Position numbers and translations under genes: made by a program. Below, piece by piece: positions 38,504 to 51,400 of a DNA stretch of 62,439 bases. The DNA is from Nemertoderma westbladi (lineage: Eukaryota; Animalia; Xenacoelomorpha). The stretch covers positions 1 through 62,439 of the forward strand of contig JAUCBJ010003334.1 in NCBI GenBank assembly GCA_032718475.1, in the 5' to 3' direction. Positions within the stretch are counted from its first letter, which is position 1. Each line of letters opens with the position of its first letter. The notes beneath the pieces are model-generated. The model worked only from the letters and a program-made list of their open reading frames with translations. It was not told the origin of the DNA and searched no databases.

Positions 38504-41500
38504 ATGGCTACAGGAACCGGTAGTAGTGATTTTACCAGTTCCACAAATCCTAATGAAGTAGATAAAAATAATTATGTAGCCTTTCCCTCACGGGAAGGGA
38601 ATGATTCTATAGACATAGAATCTCAAAGCCCTATTTCGCCATCCACTCCAGACAGTCCTAGTGATAGGCTCAACCTGGCTGGAGCTGGATCAATTCAGAA
38701 TGTTGAAAATCATCCGTCTGCTCCCATAAATAGTGGAGCTTTTAGGGCCACCATTGGTGGACACAGGGCTCATTTCACCCGAAATTACAACTTGTTTTGG
38801 AAGGATTTCAACGAAAGAAATGTTACATTTTCATTGATTTTAGAAAGACACAAAAAAGCAGTGGCAATAATAGAAACAATTCACAGTTTATATATTAAGG
38901 TGATAGATGAAGTTGAGAGAATGGGCGATTTTCAACAATCCGAGAAATTTAAATCGGAATTTAAAATAGTATATAGCGATTTAAAAGGAAAGTTAAACAA
39001 AATAGAAATGGCTTTAGAACAATTTAAACAGGCCAATTTAGGCTTTAATTCCGATGACCTGCCATTAAATGAAGGCAGTTCAGAAGGAAAATCCATCTCT
39101 CGTAAAGATTCCTTAACCACAACATCCAGGGAAACAATAATACCAAAAGCGCAAAAGGCTATTGCTGAAAAAAGGCGCAGAGAGTTACAATACAAGCAAC
39201 TTGAAAATATATCAGGACTTGAATTAAAACAGGCTGCCCTGGACCGTCAATTGAAGTTAGAACGGGCAAAAAACGAGGTGGAATCGGCAGATTTGGATAG
39301 TCAAATTGCAATAGAAGATGACATCTGGTTACAAGAACAGCGCGGCTCTAACAGAGGTTCAGGCAGTGAAGTAGGATCTTGGTTGCAAGGAAAAGATAAT
39401 GTATTCCTGCAACAGCAACAACACTCACACACTGACACTGCCCTTGGGCTAGGTGAATGTGATATACCTGAAGCAAGACTTGAAAGGGGTATAAATGAAA
39501 ATACTTCCACCTTTATAGATAACGTTAGGCCTGATCCATTATGGGATGTCAATGTTTGTAGGCCGAGAAATGTCAACTTTAATTTACCTATATGTACCGG
39601 TATTAGTGACATTTTTGAGGAACCTGCACCAGAGTTAGGTTTAAATACTAATGATGTGCATAGGGCAGTGGGTTAGGCAATCAAACTGCGATAGGTCTAT
39701 TTTAAGCCCTAATGCAGAAGAGTATATTCCTCATTCGCAGATACGCCATACTAATACATATACTAGTACCAGTACTTCCAATTATACTGGAGATAATAAT
39801 TACTTTCCTCATGTTCAGGTCTCTAGTGCTGTTAATTCCTTTAGACCAATACCATCAATAACTCATTCTTTATATACAAATCATTATACTGATACCAGTA
39901 GGCCTATATATTCAGATATTAATGTGAATTTGAATCATGGATCTGGATATAATGATCTACCTGTACCTAGGTCTTTATTAGATCACCTAAATGAACCATT
40001 ACGCAGCAGTATAATGAGTGTTAAATGTTCTGAGGCACCTTTATACAGTCCTAGAAACTCAAATTCAATATTTAACGCATTACACAGTACTCCTCATTCA
40101 GATATGGGAGTACTGCCAATTAAATTCAAGTAATAATTTAGAGCAGTCATTGCATCCAAATGGTGAAAGAGCTACAACATCACAATATAATGTCTATAAT
40201 CAAACCTATAATGTGGGTTATGGTTATAATACAACACAGACACAAATTAGTACTGATGCGGCTCGTCTCTGCAATAATCCTCTAGTGCAGGGTCAATATG
40301 GTATTAACAGAGGTCCTACCCATGCAGTGTCTGAAAATAATGCTGGAGGCATAGAGAGATTGCTGCAGAATAACAGTATGTACTATCATGATTTGTATAG
40401 AAACAGTTCTGTTCACAGAATGGATGGTTTAGTAAATCCGCCATTTATTCCTCAGACAGCAAGTCAAAGTGTGTCAGACGGATTTATTAATAGAACACCA
40501 AACCATTCTGGAACAGCTAGTAATCAAAATTCTGAACTTATATCAGCCTTTCAAATGTGTAATGCATTAAATATTTCTGCTATTGAGCGACTAAATACAA
40601 TGATGTCATTACCAAAAATGGAACCACAAAAGTTTAATGGGGAAACCGGTTTATATATAAATTTTGTTTCTTCATTTATATCTTATATCGAATCAAAACG
40701 GCTATCAGAAATGGAGAAAATGATGGCTTTAACAACGTATTTGGGACCCGAGCCTCTTGAATTAGTCAAATTTTTTGTGGGAATACCAGGAGGTTATGAA
40801 GCAGCATGGAATTTGCTTCATGATCGTTACGGTCATCCCAATGTGATAATCCAACAAATAATAAATGAATTAACTGAAAAGGTTGATTTGCACTCTAATA
40901 ACTACACAATTAAAAAAGAGAAACTGAGAGCATATTCTGATAAAATAACCCAAAAAGTATTAGTACTACGTTACTGCTTCAGAAATTAACTCTTCGGATA
41001 ATTTAAAGAGAATTGCAGTAAATTTTGAAGCTTGGATGTATGATAAATGGAAACGCACAGCTCGATCAATTCGTCAGAGGTTTGGTAGAGAGCCAACATT
41101 ATTCGAACTGACTGTGTTCATAAAAGAAGAGTCGGATATTATGAATGATGCTGTATTCAATGAGAGACCCGGAGGCAATCAACAACAACAGTCCTCCAGC
41201 CAACAATCCAGATCGAAATCAGGAAGTCAAACTCAACCTATATCTAAATCAGGCGAACATTCAACTAATCCAATGCATCCTCTTCGCATAACAACTATGA
41301 ATACAGCAGTTGAAGATGTGGCCCTTAATCATACTTCGAAAGTGACGCCATCTGTGATAAATATTGGTGTTCCTAATTCTACAACACATCAGAGAAATCA
41401 GCCATCTGGTGGACAAAATAAACCAAATAGCATGCAGAATGACAAGGTGAGAGACAAAGCAAATGTAACCTCTCAACCACATCCGAGCAATTCTAATATT

Positions 41501-44500
41501 ACTAGTGCTAATCGTAATAATACATGTGCTCCGGTTAGCAGTAAAACTGATTCGGGTTCAGCCAGAACAAAAACGACTAAATTCACTTGTTCTTATTGCC
41601 AAGAGGGACATACATTATATCATTGTCCTAGTTATAATACCTTGGATGTAAAAAAAACAATCAAATTGGCTATTAAATAAGAGGTTATGTCTAAATTGTA
41701 CGAGCTCAGGTCATGAGACTGATCAATGTCCAATTAAAACTTATAAGTGCAGGATAAATGGGTGTACAGAAGCACATAATAGAGTTTTACATTGGGTCAT
41801 AGACCATCTCAAGACTTCTGGTTCGATCGGTTTGCATTTCTCTTCTGTCAGTAAAAAAAACGAATATGAATCACAAACAATTAAAAGTAACAAATGTAAT
41901 TCTAATTCTACTGTCTGGCTTTCAGTCGTACCAGTTTGCATTTCTATAGATAATAAATGTGTAGAAACATATGCACTACTTGATACTGGTTCAACAACTA
42001 CGTTGATTGATAGAAGTATTATTGACCAGTTGGATATTGCTGTAAATTTAGAAGTAGATATTAAAGCAAAGGGTGTATTTTCAACTACCTTTCAGAAGGT
42101 TGGCTCTATTAATTGTATAATAACTCCGGTTTCAGATCAAAATGTTAGCGATCCTGGATTTAAAATTACTGCTAAGGATGTATTAGTTGTTAATAACTTC
42201 AAATATAAATTTGCAAATGATTTGAAGAAGGTTGATTTAAGATCAATACCTGAACTGCAACCATATGTCCCACAATTAAATAGACAACCGACTGATTACC
42301 CCTATGTATCAATGCTTATTGGACGAAATTTCCAGGAAGCTCTTTGTGAGACCCCAATTATTGTGGGAGGTCCTGAAGAACCCTCCTTGATTAGAACACC
42401 TTTTGGTCTTTGCCTAGTGGGAAAAATTACTTTAATCTCTACTTTAACTGATAACTCTGGTCTACAAACGCAAGTATCTTTACATCATATCAAACATACT
42501 TGCTTAGATTACGACACAGTATCTATGATTAAACAGTCTCTTGGTATAGAGACTGTAATAAATCCATTGGATAGTGAAGAGGTTGTTATGTCTAGAGATG
42601 ACCATGAGGCTCTAAAAATCCTCCATCAAACAACTATCTTAAAAAATGGTCGCTATTGTGTATCAAAACTATGGAAAAAGCGACCACCAACTCTTATTAA
42701 TAATTTACATTTGGCTAAAAGAAGACTCGAACAGTTGCTTAAACGTTTAAATAAGGATGAAGGTAAGTATCATATGTACCATAATCAAATAATGGAGTGG
42801 GTACAGAAAGGTTATGCGATCAAGATGGATCCAAATGCATTGACATTTACAACAGGACAAACTTATTATTTAATCCATCATTTCGTAGTAAATGAAAAAA
42901 AGCCAGGATGCATCCGCATTGTAACCGATGCCACAGCTGATTTCAAAGGCATGTCTATGAATTCGCAACTGTATGCAGGTCCTTCTCTCATTAACTTATT
43001 AACGGGTGTATTGTTCAGGTTTCGTCGTGGCAGCATTGCATTCGCATGTGACATTGAAGCAATGTTTTTGCAGATAGAAGTCACAGAAGAAGACAAGGAT
43101 AGGCTGAGACTACTATGGAAATCTCCTGAATCACCTGAATTACTTGAAGTTTATAAGATGGTCAGACACCCTTTTGGCCCTAAGGATTCTCCATGCATTG
43201 CCAACTATGTGGTTAAACAAACTGGCATAGATAACCAAGATAAATACGGTGAAGAGGTAGCAACTGTCATTGATGAATCATTTTACGTAGATGATGGATT
43301 ACGTTCAGTGAATTCAACCAGTGAAGCCATTACTGGCAGATAACTTGAAAGAAGTTTTAGCTGCAGGTGGGTTTACTCTAAAGAAGTTTATTTCTAATGA
43401 TAAAGGTTTATTGCGTCATCTTAATGAGGATGAACTGAGTCCAATTTTAAACCTAGATTTAGATGAATTACCAGTTACCAGGGCGCTTGGCGTAATCTGG
43501 GATACCAATAGAGATGTGTTTACCTATCAATATAATATCAAAGGACATTAAGGACCTTAAGTACATTCCTGCATTCTTTCATTATTACGTCAGTCACTGC
43601 AAACAATCACTCATAGCGTCATAGGCAGATAGGTAAGTGTGTTAGAGTCTGAGAGTACATGTAGAGCTACCAGCATACTGCTAATAGATAAATGTAAACT
43701 ACTAAGTTACATTGATCGCTTGTTGATTTAGTGCATTTAATACTGGCCAAGATTAGCAAGTAAATCACACAACAACCAATCAAACAGAACATCCCATAAC
43801 AACTTAAAGCATTTATAAAACAGGCAATATCATTGGATGTTCACAAAATGATCGCTTGGGTTTTTACTCTCATGTCAATGGGGGGGCTATTGCTACTGAA
43901 TCTTGTGACGACGATTACTATACATTTATGCTTGAACAATATGTTAATGACGTTAAATATGATGAATATTTACCAGTTCAACCCATTAATACATTGTGTT
44001 CTCAACTTCAAACAAGGACTAAAAGAGTGCCAATGTTTCAACGCGTTAAAGATTTGACAATCGATCAACGTTTAGATTACTTGATTGATACGGAATCCAA
44101 CCTAACTAAACTCAAGATTAAGATAGTCTGGCTCATTAGATTATCCAAGTTTGCTGTGAAAGGTACTGCTAAACCTCATATTATTATGGCAGAAGAACTA
44201 AGACATGCAGAAGTGTGTCTGGTACGATATGCACAGAGGCGGGAATTTCTTCAGGATATTGATAGAATTTCTAGTGGCAAACCAGTCACGCGTAAAAGCA
44301 AGCTTAAGAACTTAACACCTTTTCTCGATGGCGATCACATCCTTCGTGTTGGGAGTAGAATAGAACGTGCCTTGGTTCCCTATAGTACAGCATATCCAAC
44401 TATTCTCCCAGCACAGAGTTCTATAACCAGGGCAATAATCTGGCAAACTCATATAAAGTGTGGCCATATGGGATTCTCTGTAGTAGCTAGTGAGATTCGC

Positions 44501-45275
44501 AAATCCTTTTGGATTCTAACAGCTCAACGAACTATTAAGACTTTACTTACAAAGTGTTTCACTTGTAGGAAAGTGCGTGGTCGATTTCTTGAACAAATAG
44601 AAGCTCCACTACCAGTAACTCGTTTGACAGCATATCTTCCTCCATTTACATTTGTAGGTGTCGACATGTTTGGCCCAATGAATGTGAAATATGCTAGAGG
44701 TACTATTAAAATATATGGGATATTATACACTTGTCAAAATTGTCGAGCTATACACTTAGAGTTGGCTGTAAATAAATCAGCTGATGCCTTCTTAAATACA
44801 TTGCATCACTTTTGTAGCCGACGTGGCAAACCTCAACAAATAATAAGCGACAAAGGAACAAATTTTGTTGGTTCTGACTCGACAATCAAGTTGCTTGAGC
44901 AATTTGCCAAAGAGGAGAGTGTTAATGCATTTTTAAATAAAAATAGCATTGATTGGAAGTTTGTCGATACTGATTCGGATGTAGATTGGTTATTTCTCAC
45001 TCCATATGCCCCTCATACTGGAGGTTTTTATGAGCGTTTGATTCAGTCAACCAAACGTATATTACTTGCTTCGTTAGAAGATAACTTGGTTACCGAAGAT
45101 ACTTTAAACACTTACTTAGTAATAGCTGAAGGCATAATGAATAGTCGACCATTGACTGCCATTAGCAGCGACCCTACCTCGCCCAAACCACTGACTCCCC
45201 AACACTTACTACTCCAGAGGGAAGCAAGAAACATCCCTGTCGGTGAGTCTGATGATACGGATATCTATAGTTCAT
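38504..45275 (+). pseudogene. gag-pol: Decayed BEL/Pao gag-pol (element 2): multiple stops and frameshifts, RNase H missing, integrase truncated
   Basis: KFNGE gag, CSYCQEGH knuckles, LLDTGS, CDIEAMF/YVDD, HIKCGH..CFTC, DMFGP, SDKGTNF, GGFYERLI. Confidence 0.92.
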
Positions 45276-45282
45276 TGATGTT

Positions 45283-46853
45283 ATGGAGTCCTACACCGTC
45301 GCTAAGTTCATATGTAAAACTCTCGATAACCTCATTACGGCGGTTCCTTGTTCCTTTATTGACTACGAGTGGAATGAAGTTATCGGCCACGCCTTCAAAG
45401 CGGTCGAGAATATTACACCGGGAGAGACAAAAATGCTCACCGTCATCGATTCCTGGGACGAGAATGGACCGTTCGACATCCCTACGATTACCGATCTCCT
45501 CGGTGCGGAGGAACCACTCATTTCCTCAGATGGGGAAGAATTATGGCTACAGGAAGGTGTTCTACTGTCCACCCCAAAGCGACAGCTCGATCCGGAAATC
45601 GCGTACGAACTGGCTGCCAAATGGGTTGCCTCGGCCGAACCTGCGACGGAAGCAGGCGTTTCCACCCCACTTGGCTCTGGTAGCCCCGCGAGGGAGTTAG
45701 TCACTACCTTCGCGTTGAACGACTTCGGCGACATATGCCAGAGGTTATCCCCATATCCTTTCCCGGGTGGCGAAGACTGGTCTTCGGAGATTCCGAGTAC
45801 CAGCACCCAATGGACCCGCTCAGCGATACTGGTCGAAAGGGTCCCAGCGCTGCGCCGACTCCCGAAGATCTCCTCGGAATCCCTCCGTCGAAAGCCCCGG
45901 CACCTCTTCGCCGACCAGCGGTGGCAACTACCCCCTCCATTCTACAGGATCCTATGTGACTAACCCGATGGTACGCCGAGCAGACCGAATGGATCTACCG
46001 CCAGAAATGGTCGTCCGAGATGAGACCGGCAGGACATAAAGAAGGTTATCGGAACGAGAACCTACTACGCCAAAGCCCAGCCTTTCGCGGGCTACAGGCC
46101 ACAGCGAATATTCAAAAGAGCGACCGACGACTCGAGTATTATGTCGGCGTCCCAATCCCGATCTTCTTCGGTCGGGAGATGCAGTTAGAGATATGCGCAG
46201 ACTGCGGTTCGGAGCAGTGCCCACACGGTAGAAGAAATCAAGTAACCGATTTGTGCCTACAGCTCCACGGGATTCTATATTGCCCATACTGCGCGACATC
46301 GGGACATGATGTTTCAGTTTGTCCAACCCTCTATAACCTCTGCACAACTTGCGGTTTCCGTAGACATTCCGCTAGCCCCCGCTGCAATATAAAATGTCCT
46401 ACAAAGGACGTTACCGCTATGGAAAATTTGGTTATGTTCGAAACCTACGCAAATAGCCACATAAAGACCAAGGTACGGAGAAACGCTCGGAATATCACGC
46501 AGGAAATGGCGTGCGGGTATTTTGCCTTCCCGGAACGCCTCCATACGACAGCGACGTTACCATTCCATTACGTGGATCTGTTGCTAAGGGCCGGATTATT
46601 CGGCCCATTCGAGATCCTTAGACGCTTATATTCGTATAAACAAGAGTACGGTGTCGGAAAGTGGTTCCTAGAGGCGAGCAACACCGAGTTGGAAAGACGG
46701 ACCGATATGATCCCGCTGCCATCGAAAGGAAGAGCCGCCAGGAGACAAGCCGAAACGTTGCTCACGATGGATGTCGATGCTCCCCTACCAGCTCTAGCGA
46801 TCGACGAGAGTCGACGGGCGAAGAGGGGAAAGGCGTATCGGAGCAAGAAATAG
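45283..46853 (+). pseudogene. Frameshifted, 5'-truncated accessory ORF with zinc-knuckle cluster
   Basis: CADC, CPYCATSGHDVSVCPTLYNLCTTCGFRRH..C, FETYANSH..R...GYFAFP and a basic tail align by eye with the 23578 ORF C-terminus. Confidence 0.75.
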
Positions 46854-47026
46854 AGGATCGGGATATTCCAGGAACATTTATATTGAACATTTATTTTATA
46901 TATATATTAACTCTAGGCCAAATTAATCAAGACTATGCAATATTACAATTTTGGGTTTTTTATATGGGAAATGACCTACGCAAACTCGATCTACCGATAG
47001 ACCTCACGAAGGTCATTGGGGGGGAC

Positions 47027-48214
47027 TGTTCGCGGTATTTCAACTTTTCCTAACGCGAGTTGAATATTTTTTGGATTTATTTAAAATGATTATTCCGATA
47101 TCACTACTAGGTGCGGGAACATGGGTTTTGGGCACACTCAATGAACTGGGGGCGATTTATGGGCGAATATTGGGGCGACTTACGGGGTACAGGACTCATT
47201 TCATGTATATAAGGGCCAGGGGGGGAAGGAAAAGTTAAGCAGTATACAGGTTTACCTGACTACTATTAGGCCTAGCCAACTTCCTGCTGCCTGTAGAGGT
47301 GGATTTGGTAACTCGCTCGGTCTAAAGGACACGGGCTGCCCTTAGTGGTTCCTGACCAACAGCAGTTATTACGAGCCTGAAAAGGACATCGGAAAGTCTG
47401 CTGCTTGTGTCAGGGATTTGCGATGGGAAACGACGACAGACCCCTAGCCAAGCCGTACTGGTTCTCGATGATCAATCTCTTCGGGGTTCGTGAGGGGTGG
47501 TACGGACACGCGAATGGGTCGACCGACTAACAGAGGAAGAGTGCGACGACGACTGCCTTCCTGGAGTGGGTGCCACGACCAGTGTTAGTACGAGCCTGAA
47601 TAAGGACTCGGAAAACCACCAACCGTTGGGGCTCACAACGGGCTGACAGACCCCTTAGCCAAGCCGTACTGGTTCTCGATGATCAATCCCTTCGTGGTTC
47701 GGGAGGGGTGGGACGGACACGCAACGGGGTCGAAAGACAAAGGACTGGACTCTACTGGCCTACCGACTGTTCGGAGCAGTTTCTCGGCTGCCGAAGCGAC
47801 TACGAGCCTGAATAAGGACTCAGAAAGCCTAGGTGGTTGGGTCTCTGCGATGAACCGACGGACCCCTAGCCAAGCCGTACTGGTTCTCGATGATCGATCC
47901 CTTCGGGGTTCGGGAGGGGCGGGACGGACACGCGAACGGGTCCACCGACATGACAGACTCCTAGCCAAGCCGTACTGGTTCTTGATGACCGATCAATTCG
48001 GGGTTTGGGAGGGGTGGTACGGATACGCGACAGAGTCTACCGACTGGACCGACCCTTAGCCAAGCCGTACTGGTTCCTGATGACCGATCCCTTCGGGGTT
48101 CAGGAAGGGTGGTACGGACACGCAACAGGGTCGACCGACACCAACACTACGGTACCAAGACTAGGACCGAGGGAAAATCGGGGAACATTAGTTAGGCTAA
48201 AATCTGAGCGAACA
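47027..48214 (+). repeat. Putative LTR (end at 48214, or alternatively 48343)
   Basis: Follows a PPT; TGTTCGC...GCGAACA 7-bp inverted ends; TATATAA at ~47206; alternative end GTTACA at 48343. Confidence 0.6.
47350..48133 (+). ncRNA. Array of structured RNA repeats (five ~83-nt A units, three B units; order B-A-B-A-B-A-A-A)
   Basis: Nested stems with a UUCG-loop apex and compensatory changes between copies. Confidence 0.75.
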
Positions 48215-48419
48215 GTGGGTAATTAAATAATATACTGTAGGGATTTATATTGTCGTGTTATATTATTGTGAATAATTTGGTGTATATTGGTTTGGGGAAG
48301 CCCAACTTATTCTCAATCAAGGTTCAACTGTAGGGAAGTTACATTAAAGAGTATATCCAACCAATGAAGCTTTTCCTCAACCGCAATCTTGCATTTAAGA
48401 ATGTATTCCTTCTCCACAA

Positions 48420-51400
48420 TCAATATCCGGTGACTGGCCGGGATTGCGTGGTCTGAAAAGTTCCGCCTCCAGCATCGGCGTTTTCCCCCATAGTGTCGGG
48501 AATAACGGCAACAGCGATGGTGATGGAATGGAGACAGTACGCTGTCTCTCCGTCGTCTACGAGGTCGTCGGGTGTCGGCTGGTCTACGGGTGACCGGGAC
48601 AGGGAGTCGGGAATGGCGTGAGATTTACCCTTGCACCAGGAGGTAGTGAACTGGTATGGCGCCAGCTTGGATTTTAGTCGTTGTATACGGGCGTTTTCCA
48701 CTTCCAAGAACGATTTGCAGTCTAAGATGGTGACCAGCGGTTGATGGTCAGTGACCAGGGAGAAGGTGGGGAGCCCGAGGACGAAGTTGCGGTATTTTTG
48801 GATGGCCCATACTACCGCTAGAAGTTCCAACTCAATAGTGGTGTATCGAGACTCTGTGGGTGTTATAAACCGAGATCCGCATTCTATAAGGCGCCACTCT
48901 GTCCCGTGGCGCTGGAGAAGGGCGTAGCCGAGCCCATTGAGCCGAGAAGCGTCAGTTACGAGCTTAGTGTCGGCGGAGACATCGAATGGGGCCAGAACCA
49001 GGGGTGTAGTTAAGGCCGCCTTGGCGGCGTCGAATGCGCGATTGTGGTCGGTTGTCCAGATGTATGGCGATTTCACCGATAGGAGCGGGCGTAGTGGTAG
49101 GAGCATCTCGGATATCTCTGAGGAGAAAGGAGCGAGTTGTTCTACGAGCCCGATGAAACTTCGGAGATCGGTTAGAGTTTCTGGACGAGGGAAGGAGGCT
49201 ATAGCGGAGAGTTTTGCGGGGTCGGCGTGGATGCCGTCCGTTCTGACCAGGTAGCCGCCGAATTTTACCTGGGATTGGGCGAGCTGCACTTTACCGGGGT
49301 GCAGGCAAATACCTTTTTCCCTGCAGCGTTCGAGGAAACGGTGGATGGACACCAGATGTTCCTCTAGTGTGTCGTCGTAGAGTAAGACGTCGTCGACGAT
49401 CTTTATCATCCGAGGAAGTCCCTCGAGCGCCGCGTCGCCCCGTCTGTTAAACTCATCTCCGGAAGAGATAAGGCCCATCACACTCCGGGTGTGTTTATAC
49501 CGCCCCCATGGCGTGACGAACGTCGTCAGCAGCTGGGACTCAGGGTCAAGGGGGACCTGCCAGTATCCATGGGCGGCGTCGAAGACTGAAAAGTACTTTG
49601 CAGTCCGCGAGATTTCGGCGATTTTTAGACGGGGGTTTGGTGTCGGGTAGTATGGCCTCTTTACTTGGGAGTTCAGGCCGCGCAAGTCCACGCAGAGGCG
49701 CAGTTTTCCGCTTGGCTTGCGTGTTACGGTAAGCGGGTGGGCCCAGTCGGTGGGTTCTTCCACGCGCTCGATAATATCGCGGCGTTCTAGATCGTCAAGA
49801 AGAGTTTTTACTTCGTCGCGAAGTGCGATGGCGATGGGTCGAGCGCCTTTGACATGGTAAGGCGTCGCACCCTCCTTGAGTACGATATGCATCGCGGTAC
49901 CAGGGATGGTTGGTAAGGGGGTTGCTTCGTCGTCGAAAACGTCCCCGAATGAGTTGAGGAGGTCCCTGGCTGAGGGCGCGCTGTCTGCGCCTGTGGGTGT
50001 TGCCGACTTCGTCTCGCGAACCGTAGCCGAAGAAATCGGGAGAACCGCAGCGGGCTGGGGGAAACTTGACGGGAGTATCCCCAGATCCATGCAAACCGAT
50101 TTGCTAAGGATCAGTCCCTGCGTCTCCGGAGAGATAACGATTTCCGTTGTAGCGGAATTTTGGCCGGAGGAGATGACGGCGGGTAGGCGACCGCGAGTTT
50201 GTATCGGTAGTCCGTCGGCCGCGACGAGATCCATGCTGGAGGAAGGTAGTAGATCCCTCCCGACTCCCCCAAGTTGGTGGAACAAGTTCTCGTTGAGGAG
50301 TGTAGCTGCCGCGCCGCTGTCCGGAAGCGCGCGTTTTATCATGCCGAGTCGAATACCGGTAGTGGAGTTAGTGAGGGTTACAGCGAGGTAATCCAGTTTG
50401 CATACCGCCGCGCGGTATTCTAAGCGGTTGATTGAGTCGCGGTAAAGCACCGTGTTTGTAGAAGAGGGTTTCTTTGAGGATCCGCTGGATCGGCACACCT
50501 TTCGGAAGTGCCCCTTTTTGCCGCAGCCGCTGCAGTTAACTTCGCGGGCAGGGCATGCAGATTTGTCGGAGTGCTTTACTTGCCCACAGTTTCCGCAAGT
50601 GTGGGCGCGATTGTTCCCCGGCCCAGTGGAGGAGGATCTCCAGGGATGCTGGGAACCGGTCGATGGGGGCGTCGGAGCACCCTGTCGCATTGGAGAACGG
50701 CCGCCGCGCTGTTTGTATTGGGAGATTTTAGAAACCGAGCGCGAACTCCCTAGTACTTGGGTGTTTTTAGCGCTGGACTCCCAGTTCTGGCAGATAGTGC
50801 GAGTTTCTTCTAGTGAGGGTCGGGGTAGTAATTTCAGGAGTTCTTGTTGAGTCTCGGTACAGTACAGCCCAACGAGAATCTGAGTGACTATCTGGTTGTC
50901 CCGGCACTCCGCGCACAGTTCTGCGAGTTCGGCGAGGTGTTTTAATGACCGATAGAAGTCATCGAAAGTTTCGGTAGCGCCCTGGCGGCGTCTGTGGAAT
51001 TGCATGCAGTCGAGAGCGATGCTGCGTTTACCGCGGAGGTGTTGCTGCAACCCATCGAGAATCGTCGCCGCGTCCACCTCGCCATTGTCCGGATCCAGTT
51101 CCAGGGTGTAGCGGACAACGTCGTGTAGGCCTGATCCCAGGGCGGTGAGGAGTGTGTATACTTGTTCGCTGCGTGGGAATGTTTCTGCGCTCTGGCGGCG
51201 GAGATTGCTGTCCCAACTGTCCCGCCAACGGCGGAAGGCGGACAGTTCGACCGAAGTATCAATGCGGTCTAGATTTCCGATATCTATGGTGCGGCGACGC
51301 GTGGGGGCCGCCTGTGGGGGATCGGGTTGTCCTATGGGATTATCGGCGAAGTGCGGACGGCCGAGGTGGGCGAGAATGTCCGCTAAACGGCGGTTAGCAG

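Larger units (their letters stand above)
45276..48214 (+). mobile_element. 3' end of a third LTR element (accessory ORF remnant, PPT, LTR) fused to BEL element 2
   Basis: Abrupt rise in GC at ~45280, ORF homologous to the BEL1 accessory ORF, GGGGGGGAC then TGTTCGC. Confidence 0.7.

Noticed and set aside
47439-48133. CRISPR array or hammerhead retrozyme
   Set aside because: Units are ~83 nt with irregular spacers, no cas genes and a eukaryotic LTR context; CTGATGA occurs in only one copy, lies partly in a stem and lacks a correctly placed GAAA/stem III
47633-48226. ORFs with repeated KPYWFLM/GWYGHA peptides
   Set aside because: Translations of the RNA repeat array; frame not kept between units
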